A stretch of 64,000 bases of DNA from a virus (taxonomy: Duplodnaviria > Caudoviricetes), in the IMG/VR virus record IMGVR_UViG_3300031993_000010, positions 64,001-128,000 of that record; one strand, 5' to 3'. Every line of letters starts with the position of its first letter. Position 1 is the stretch's first letter. The notes below the pieces were generated by a model, which was given only the letters and a program-made list of their open reading frames with translations, had not been told where the DNA came from and ran no database searches. Shown here one piece after another: positions 49,983 to 57,043 of the stretch. Made by a program: the position numbers and the translations under genes.

Positions 49983-50306
49983 AATTCCAATTGTTGATAT
50001 ACGTTTGAACGTATGTAAGACGAGCGTTCGAATCGCTCCATCTCCACAAAATTACAAAGTGCCCAGGGCACGAAAGCATTGCAGATAATGATGCTAATCC
50101 TGAACCCAAATCGAAAAGGGGTCGTGTTGCAAGTCATACTTTGTAGGATAAGGATAACATTGGGGATGTCTTGGTTTCGATTGCATGTCAAGTAGGATGT
50201 AAGGAGATTGGGATTAGTTGTTTTAAACGGCAACACAAACTATCGTTATGCAATGGCTGCCTGATAGGGCACCCATGTGCGAGTTGGCCACGAACTAAAT
50301 CGTGGC
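49983..50306 (+). ncRNA. ssrA: circularly permuted (two-piece) tmRNA
   Basis: T arm + CATCTCC-A (50022-46) precede GGGGATG..TTCGA (50162); G3:U70; tag GNTNYRYAMAA* at 50229-64; outer ends approximate. Confidence 0.85.
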
Positions 50307-50313
50307 AAATTTT

Positions 50314-50400
50314 GGACGCGTGGTGTAATTGGTTCAGCATACGGCACTGTCACTGCCGAGGGAGCGTAAGCCATTGCGGGTTCGAGTCCCGTCGTGTCCG
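50314..50400 (+). tRNA. tRNA-Asp(GTC) with long variable arm
   Basis: CGGCA-CTGTCAC-TGCCG. Confidence 0.85.
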
Positions 50401-50496
50401 CTAAAATATAAGTAACGGTTCAACTTTTTATTAGTTTGCTTGTAAACACTTGTTTTACTTTTTATTCCACAATATATGATATAAAAAGAAGCGACT

Positions 50497-51594
50497 ATGG
50501 AGTATAACGAAGACAATTTTAGAAATGCAAAACCATTTGATTTATTTGAATTCACATGTGAAAATTGTGGATGTACTTTTACGCAAAACAAAAGATACAT
50601 TGTAAAATGTGGGGGTAAAATACCACGTTATTGTTCAAGTAAATGCCGAGGGGAAGCAAAGAAGACGTTAATTAAAGTGCATTGTGCGGAATGTGGAAAA
50701 GAAAAGTTTGTTCGGAAACACGAATACGAAACAAGTAAGACAGGTAATTTCTTTTGTTCTGAATTACATGCTGCGATGTTTAATAATAAAGGACGTAAGC
50801 ATAAAAATGAAACGAAAAGATTATTAAGTGAAAAAGAATTTAATATTTTAAATAAAAATGTTGAATACATAGAAAATGATACAGTTTGTCCAATATGTGG
50901 TAATAGAAAAACTTCTATGTCCGGTGTTTGTAAAAAGTGTTCAGACAGGGCAAATTATGAAGAATATGAAAACAAAACATTGGGTGAAGTGCTTGGTGAA
51001 AACACTACGTATACAACTAAGTTGTGTTCCACAATAAGAAAACACGCAAGAAGAAAGATGGAGGAAGGGTCAGTTGAAAAGGTATGTGCTTATTGCGAGA
51101 ACCATGAATATGATGAAATATTAGAAGTACACCACATAAAAGGTATACTAACATTTAACCGTGAAACAAAAATAAAGGAAATAAATGACTACAAGAACCT
51201 TTTATGGTTATGCCCAAATCACCATCAAATGTTGGAAAAAGGGTTAATAAGTATAGAAGATATTGACTTGGAAAAGCATCAAAGTGTAGAAGAATCGGAT
51301 GGGTTCTCCCACAAAGAAGTTAAGGACATTATCAAGTCTAATATAGAAAAAAGAATATCTGCAGGTTATTCATACAAAACCCCAAAAAAGGAACAATTGA
51401 CAAAAGAAGAGGTTGCATTTAATCAGCGTAGATGTGAATGGCCTTCAAAAGAAGAATTGTTGGGTTTAATAAAAACAATTTCATTTGAAGCAATTGGAAG
51501 GCGGTATGGGGTTACGGGAAACACGGTGAAGAAATGGTGTAAACGTTATGGATTGCCAAGTAGAAAATGTGATATAAAAGAGATAACAGAATAA
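50497..51594 (+). CDS. HNH endonuclease with zinc fingers
   Basis: CAYC...LEVHHI...NDYKNLLWLCPNHH; C-terminal HTH; AT-rich. Confidence 0.82.
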   Translation: MEYNEDNFRNAKPFDLFEFTCENCGCTFTQNKRYIVKCGGKIPRYCSSKCRGEAKKTLIKVHCAECGKEKFVRKHEYETSKTGNFFCSELHAAMFNNKGRKHKNETKRLLSEKEFNILNKNVEYIENDTVCPICGNRKTSMSGVCKKCSDRANYEEYENKTLGEVLGENTTYTTKLCSTIRKHARRKMEEGSVEKVCAYCENHEYDEILEVHHIKGILTFNRETKIKEINDYKNLLWLCPNHHQMLEKGLISIEDIDLEKHQSVEESDGFSHKEVKDIIKSNIEKRISAGYSYKTPKKEQLTKEEVAFNQRRCEWPSKEELLGLIKTISFEAIGRRYGVTGNTVKKWCKRYGLPSRKCDIKEITE

Positions 51595-51609
51595 TGAATA
51601 AAACCACTT

Positions 51610-51693
51610 GCTTTGGTGGGGGAATTGGTAGACCCGTCAGATTTAAGCTCTGGTGCCCGAAAGGGCGTGTGGGTTCGAGTCCCACCCGAAGCA
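51610..51693 (+). tRNA. tRNA-Leu(TAA)
   Basis: TCAGA-TTTAAGC-TCTGG. Confidence 0.9.
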
Positions 51694-51787
51694 CGGATAT
51701 TCAACAAAATGCCCGTAGAGTTTCTTGGCGTTTCTTCTTGTCATTCGGGCTGCCCGTTGCAAGGGCTGAAAACATGAAACCCAATAT

Positions 51788-51869
51788 CCCATCGTGGCGT
51801 AATTGGCAGCCGCGCCCGTCTCAAAAGCGGGTTCCGAAAGGAGTATAGGTTCAAGTCCTATCGGTGGGA
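51788..51869 (+). tRNA. tRNA-Leu(CAA)
   Basis: CCCGT-CTCAAAA-GCGGG. Confidence 0.88.
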
Positions 51870-52056
51870 CTATAAGTAAAATGGAAGTTGCATTTCGGGA
51901 ATGCGGAGACCTCCGACCGCAATACAAATGAGGAGGTGGAACAAAGCCCGCATGCAAGACAGCTGTACTTCCGTATGTACTTATAACCTTATCCAAGGCG
52001 GCATTTTTTCCACTTCAAGTGTTTCATAGCATTTTTTATCACCTTGCCGCCTTCAA

Positions 52057-52141
52057 GTCTCCGTAGCTCAGTTGGTTTGCGAAAGCTTAGAGCATCGCCC
52101 TTTTAAGGCGGGAGTCCTGGGTTCGAGTCCCAGCGGGGACA
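52057..52141 (+). tRNA. tRNA-Lys(TTT) with enlarged D-loop
   Basis: TCGCC-CTTTTAA-GGCGG; D-loop insert GCGAAAGC. Confidence 0.85.
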
Positions 52142-52183
52142 CAACTTTTCAAATCCGTATCTATTTATAGTAAAACAAACATT

Positions 52184-52855
52184 ATGGATATGGAAATTTG
52201 GGAAACAACCGACATGAAGTCTGTTCGTCCCGACTTGAAGTTCAAGATAATGCGTACAGATTTCGCCAAACTTTTCAAGAACATGGGCTACTCGTTCTTT
52301 GAGAACGGGCTGTACAACCTGAACATCATAGGCATACGGTCTGACAACAAGAACAAGGTGACCAACAAGTACGACGACGTGCTTGTGCTGATATACAACA
52401 ACGGCAACGGAAAGCAGAAGATAATGTACCCCATCACGACCGAGCCTGGTCTCTATTATATGACAACTGAACTCGGCAATGCGAAGGGAACTGCGATACT
52501 CGTTCCCGGGCAGTACAAGGGCTGTTGGGCGATTGGAAAGCATAACGGAAAGTACAAGGCGTTGGTTCAGGTGAAGCCCGTCAAGGTCTACAGGGACAAG
52601 AACAAGGACAAGGTCTACGACATGAACCCCAAGACTGTCGACAATGGCGTATTCGGCATAAACATACACCGAAGCAACGAGAATTGGACACGTGACACTG
52701 TCGACATGTACAGTGCAGGATGTCAGGTGTTCGCAAACCCGAACTATTTCAAGTCTTTCATCTCAATCTGTGAGAAGCAGGCGGGGCTGTACGGAAACTC
52801 GTTCACCTACACCCTCATCAACGAGAAGGACTTGGATTTCGGTCAGACAGTTTAA
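52184..52855 (+). CDS. putative peptidoglycan-active enzyme (L,D-transpeptidase-like)
   Basis: GINIHR...SAGCQV His/Cys motif; TTEPG, YRDKNKD. Confidence 0.55.
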   Translation: MDMEIWETTDMKSVRPDLKFKIMRTDFAKLFKNMGYSFFENGLYNLNIIGIRSDNKNKVTNKYDDVLVLIYNNGNGKQKIMYPITTEPGLYYMTTELGNAKGTAILVPGQYKGCWAIGKHNGKYKALVQVKPVKVYRDKNKDKVYDMNPKTVDNGVFGINIHRSNENWTRDTVDMYSAGCQVFANPNYFKSFISICEKQAGLYGNSFTYTLINEKDLDFGQTV

Positions 52856-53013
52856 AGAGACAGTTTTTCTGAAAGAGTGATTATACCATTGCCCCGACAC
52901 GCTTGTCGTGGAGGACAGGGACGCCTGTCCATAAACGTCGGCGAACCAGGTCGGATGTTCGCGGCATGAAGCGGCTCCTCAGCGTGGAAGCAAGAGCGTT
53001 TTCTGAGGTAATC

Positions 53014-53175
53014 CGAGTAGTAGCCCAGTTGGTCTAAGGCACTGCATTTGGTTAGGGAGATGCTACCTCCTATTGAGAATAAAGCGATTTCGCAAATGGT
53101 TGGGTACAACCCTGGGGTTCGATTCCCTTGTGCGAAACGATGCAGAAATCGTGTGTTCGAATCACACCTACTCGA
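53014..53175 (+). tRNA. tRNA-Pro(TGG) interrupted by an 87-nt insert
   Basis: Removing 53052-53138 gives CTGCA-TTTGGGA-TGCAG; C1:G72, A73. Confidence 0.75.
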
Positions 53176-53336
53176 CTGATTATCAGATAGTTTCAAATAA
53201 AAACCCTTTCGTAAAGGAAGGTGCCGCCTGGTTGGCCAATCAGGTCTGTGGTTGGAGGTAAAGCATGTTAACGGCTCATGACCGTTTCTGTTCCACTATG
53301 AGTGACGTGATGCGCAGCGTAAAAAGCCTCCTAAAT

Positions 53337-53407
53337 CTCCCTATAGTTCAATGGAAGAACATAAGTCTACGGAACTTACGATTGGGGTTCGAGTCCCTAT
53401 GGGGAGA
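53337..53407 (+). tRNA. tRNA-Arg(ACG)
   Basis: TAAGT-CTACGGA-ACTTA. Confidence 0.88.
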
Positions 53408-53622
53408 CGATAAGGTGCATAAAAAGGTTAGAGATTGGATGTTGGAGTGAAACTACTTACTCCCTCGTCAGCCATCCATTAGAACATGACCGACCAAACG
53501 GGGAAACTCGACCTGAACAGCACAGTGCTGCAATTTAGCCTTCAATGGTAGTTGAAGGGATGGGTTGAATTTGGAATATAGTACCCAGGGCACGGCAAGA
53601 ACAGTTCAATATGCATCTTTAA

Positions 53623-53696
53623 GGTCCTTTAGCTCAATTGGTCAGAGCAACTGACTCATAATCAGTAGGTTGGGAGTTCAAATCTCTCAAGGACCA
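53623..53696 (+). tRNA. tRNA-CAT (Ile2 or elongator Met)
   Basis: ACTGA-CTCATAA-TCAGT. Confidence 0.85.
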
Positions 53697-53748
53697 CAAG
53701 CAGTATAAGGTTCTCCACGGGTCTGCTTTAACAAAACCGTGGCAGTCA

Positions 53749-53823
53749 GCTCCTGTAGCTCAGTTGGTTCAGAGCATCGCCCTTACAAGGCGGGGGTCAC
53801 AAGTTCGAGTCTTGTCGGGAGCA
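53749..53823 (+). tRNA. tRNA-Val(TAC)
   Basis: TCGCC-CTTACAA-GGCGG. Confidence 0.9.
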
Positions 53824-53930
53824 CAATGGAGCAAAGCGCAAATGTCGTGGTGACAGGGACTTGCTGCAAGTTTTGCGACATTCACTACAGAGTACACCGT
53901 CACCAAGCCCCGGAGCTCTATGGGGCAGAT

Positions 53931-54058
53931 GCTAATGTAACTCAGAATGGTTTAGAGTGCTGGGGGAGGGAAAGAGCCTGATACCCAATCCCGGATGTGG
54001 AGTAAAGGACAAGGTTAAGTACGACTCCTTTTCGGTGGTTCAAATCCACCCGTTAGCA
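53931..54058 (+). ncRNA. tRNA-like RNA with expanded anticodon and variable arms
   Basis: Acceptor GCTAATG/CGTTAGC; D and T arms intact. Confidence 0.6.
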
Positions 54059-54174
54059 CGTGAAAAGCCGTAGGGATTGATTTAGGAGGTAATTTCCAAC
54101 CTTGTTCGGCAACCAACCTTGAGCAGCGCGCGTTAACAAGCTTGCAAGGAGGACAAAAGGAAAAAACCAAATTT

Positions 54175-54249
54175 CGGTTCGTAGCTCAGTTGGCTCAGAG
54201 CACTACACTGATAATGTAGGGGTCGGTGGTTCGAATCCACCCGAACCGA
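54175..54249 (+). tRNA. tRNA-Ile(GAT)
   Basis: CTACA-CTGATAA-TGTAG. Confidence 0.92.
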
Positions 54250-54707
54250 CAAAGCAACTTGCAAATACGTATCGTGCAAGTTCGCCTACACTTGGGGTCA
54301 GACCCACCCTGCTTGGGATAGGGTCAGGTATTTTCAGCCTGATAATTCTACTTAACGCCTGAGCGAACGTCTGTTACAGGAATGTCCACTTCATTGGTGC
54401 GATGGAGAGTAGATTAAGTCGCATTGGTGTTGGAACACGGATACATTGCCGAATTTTTGGTGGGTTTTCGGTTCTGTATTCGTGATGAAGGGCAGATAAG
54501 ATAAGTACAGACCCACTAAACGTTGCAGTAAGCGGCGGCGACCAAGAACATGAGATTGGGCTGACATACGGTTCGGTCCCATGGACAAAAAACTCCAAGC
54601 AGTTAGTCTGCCGCAGGTTGCCATTACGGTTTAGGGTTTTATACTGAGCAACCTTTCCGTCGTTTCTGTGATGTTTCCCTGAATCTCCTTTTCAAATTAT
54701 TATATAG

Positions 54708-54780
54708 GGGCCGCTGCCTCCAATGGTACAGGAACGGCTTTGCAAGCCGTCATTTCTCAGTTCGAATCTGAGGCGGTCCA
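54708..54780 (+). tRNA. tRNA-Ala(TGC)
   Basis: ACGGC-TTTGCAA-GCCGT; G3:U70; atypical D arm. Confidence 0.8.
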
Positions 54781-54789
54781 CAAAAACAC

Positions 54790-54845
54790 GGAAGTCGTAC
54801 AGCAAAACAACAAGAGTATAGTGGAATTACTTCAATTGACTTCTG
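54790..54845 (+). ncRNA. ACAGCAA-motif RNA, free copy 4
   Basis: GGAAGTC-GTACAGCAA...GACTTCTG. Confidence 0.7.
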
Positions 54846-54850
54846 TATAA

Positions 54851-54924
54851 TGTCCTGTAGTTCAGTTGATTAGAACGTTGGATTTTGGTTCCAAAGGTCG
54901 CCGGTTTGAACCCGGCCAGGACTA
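54851..54924 (+). tRNA. tRNA-Gln(TTG)
   Basis: TTGGA-TTTTGGT-TCCAA. Confidence 0.85.
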
Positions 54925-54929
54925 CACAA

Positions 54930-55050
54930 CGGGAAATAGTTTAATGGTAGAACGGGGGTAGCGAAAAAGATGGTTTTCTGTAGATGGAATACCAACAGCA
55001 ACCAAATGCGTCCCAAACCCTAAGTGGAGGTTCGAGTCCTCCTTTCCTGT
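54930..55050 (+). ncRNA. tRNA scaffold carrying a permuted ACAGCAA motif
   Basis: Acceptor CGGGAAA/TTTCCTG; insert GGTTTTCTG-tagat-GGAATACC-AACAGCAA. Confidence 0.7.
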
Positions 55051-55058
55051 CTAAATAT

Positions 55059-55181
55059 GGTCGGAGTCGTCTAGTGGATAGGACACGTAAAACAAAAGAC
55101 TTCTGCTATGGAAATCGTACAGCAACCAATTTGAAATGCTTTCTGGTAGCCGTAACACAGGTTCGAATCCTGTCTCCGACC
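55059..55181 (+). ncRNA. tRNA scaffold carrying a permuted ACAGCAA motif
   Basis: Acceptor (G)GTCGGAG/CTCCGAC(C); insert GACTTCTG-ctat-GGAAATC-GTACAGCAA. Confidence 0.7.
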
Positions 55182-55416
55182 CACAATGGAAGTACGAACC
55201 ACTGAGTATAAGCGGGGCAATTCGCAATGCCGTACTAGTAAAAGGCACGGTGGAGTAGTCGGGAGTAGAGTATTCCCTCAGCCCGCTGAAAGGTGTTGGT
55301 GACCGTGAGGTGCCATAAGGTGCAACGCAACACAGGGTAAAACCGCAAGCGGTAATGCAATCGACGTAAAGCCGTCGTTTCCTGAGTCCGTGGCTCGTCA
55401 ACTTACTTCCTTTTTT

Positions 55417-55488
55417 CTTTCTATAGTTTAATGGATAAAACGAAGGTCTTCTAAACCTTAAATCCCAGTTCGATTCTGGGTGGAAAGA
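55417..55488 (+). tRNA. tRNA-Arg(TCT)
   Basis: AAGGT-CTTCTAA-ACCTT. Confidence 0.88.
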
Positions 55489-55499
55489 CATTAAACAAC

Positions 55500-55922
55500 A
55501 TGATTATGAGTAACAAAGTTAGAAATGATTGTATTTGCATAAATTGTGGTAAAGTTTTTTATCCACAGAAAAATACAACAGGTAAATATTGCAGCAACAA
55601 ATGTCAACAGGAATATCAATCTCATCAAAAATATCTCAATTATTTGGCCGACCCTTCAAAGTATATGAAGGGATGTAATATGAAATGGATAAAGAAACAC
55701 ATACTGCAAGAACAGGGATATAAATGCGCTATATGTAATATGCCTAATAGTTGGAATGGTAAGGTATTGATATTCATATTAGACCATATTGATGGACATG
55801 CCCATAATAACAATAGGTCAAACCTTAGGCTTATATGTCCTAATTGCGATTCTCAATTAGACACTTATAAAAGCAAAAACAAGAAAAGCGATAGGATTTA
55901 TTACCACTTTCATCATAGATAA
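55500..55922 (+). CDS. HNH endonuclease
   Basis: CAIC...LDHIDG...NN..SNLRLICPNC. Confidence 0.88.
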   Translation: MIMSNKVRNDCICINCGKVFYPQKNTTGKYCSNKCQQEYQSHQKYLNYLADPSKYMKGCNMKWIKKHILQEQGYKCAICNMPNSWNGKVLIFILDHIDGHAHNNNRSNLRLICPNCDSQLDTYKSKNKKSDRIYYHFHHR

Positions 55923-55928
55923 TGAGAT

Positions 55929-56003
55929 GACAGGGTACCAGAGAGGATTAATGGCCAAGTCTGCAAAACTTCGGATTCGTGGGTTCGAATCCCACCCCTG
56001 TCT
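55929..56003 (+). tRNA. tRNA-Cys(GCA)
   Basis: AAGT-CTGCAAA-ACTT; U73. Confidence 0.85.
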
Positions 56004-56042
56004 CAAACAACTATTAGTATATTTATATAAAAAAACATAGCA

Positions 56043-56828
56043 ATGGAAGAAAAAAATATATTGAAGGAACACATTAGGAACATAGTCAAGCAAACGATTC
56101 GTACCTTGTGCGGTACTGAGCCTGTTTTTCCATCACAACCCTTAAAGCGCTATCCGTCAAAATTGGAGATTGCGATGAAGAAAGACCTGAACGAAGGTCT
56201 GATAAGGACATATCCGATGGAATGGGTTGAGAAATACCTTTCCACAAGGTTCAACTCGGATTTTGTCAAGGGTGGTGTGGATGACGAGGTTATGCATTTT
56301 TGGTTCATACTGAAGAAGGGCAGCAAGTCAATTGAACCGCTGAAGCAGAAGATGGATTCATTCGGTTATTTCTGTTCGGCTGAGGACAACGTTACCGAAG
56401 GCGTGTATCTGCAGTTCGAGCCGAAGTATGATGAATACAAGACAGGTGAGGAATTTTCAAGTAGAGATAATGACGAGATATTCTTCTATCACGTTACACC
56501 ATTGTTTTTAGCAAATAAAATAAAAGTCAGCGGTTTGGTACCGAAATCCAAAAATGAGTTTCTCAATTATCCCGACCGTGTTTACCTTACCTTGGCTGAT
56601 GACGGAAAAGAGACTGCATATGAAATGGCTGACATGCTGTATACAAATTCAGGCAACAAAATGAACGATGGCAAATACTGTTTAATAGGTGTTACATTGA
56701 ACGGTTTGGAAAAGGCTAAGTTCTACCCCGACTGGAATGTGTCACACGCCACTGCCTATTTCACTTACGACAACATACCGCCACAGAACCTGAAGTTTCT
56801 GGAAACCTTCGAGGCTCAGAAGGCATAG
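56043..56828 (+). CDS. ART/KptA(Tpt1)-like domain protein, paralog of 44341..45087
   Basis: YHVTP...I...GLVP...YPDRVYL...FTYDNIPPQNL. Confidence 0.55.
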   Translation: MEEKNILKEHIRNIVKQTIRTLCGTEPVFPSQPLKRYPSKLEIAMKKDLNEGLIRTYPMEWVEKYLSTRFNSDFVKGGVDDEVMHFWFILKKGSKSIEPLKQKMDSFGYFCSAEDNVTEGVYLQFEPKYDEYKTGEEFSSRDNDEIFFYHVTPLFLANKIKVSGLVPKSKNEFLNYPDRVYLTLADDGKETAYEMADMLYTNSGNKMNDGKYCLIGVTLNGLEKAKFYPDWNVSHATAYFTYDNIPPQNLKFLETFEAQKA

Positions 56829-56830
56829 AC

Positions 56831-56903
56831 GGCTCCGTAGCCCAACGGAAGAGGCGGAACACTTAGGATGTTCACAGTATAGGTTCGAATCCTATCGGGG
56901 CTA
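56831..56903 (+). tRNA. tRNA-Leu(TAG), short variable loop
   Basis: GAACA-CTTAGGA-TGTTC. Confidence 0.8.
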
Positions 56904-57043
56904 CTTGACTTTAGGAAACCGTGTACATGTTGACAGAAAATTGAAAAAACGTGTAAAGCCATCCTGTATACATGTGGATAACACGTTTTTTAAATGTAAA
57001 ATATCTTGTATAATATTGAATCTTAATGCTATATAAAAATTAT

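Noticed and set aside
53052-53138. Group I intron in tRNA-Pro
   Set aside because: 87 nt is too short and no P7 core is recognisable
45117-55491. Many short ORFs in the ORF track overlapping tRNAs and ncRNAs
   Set aside because: They overlap RNA genes and lack plausible start context or protein-like composition
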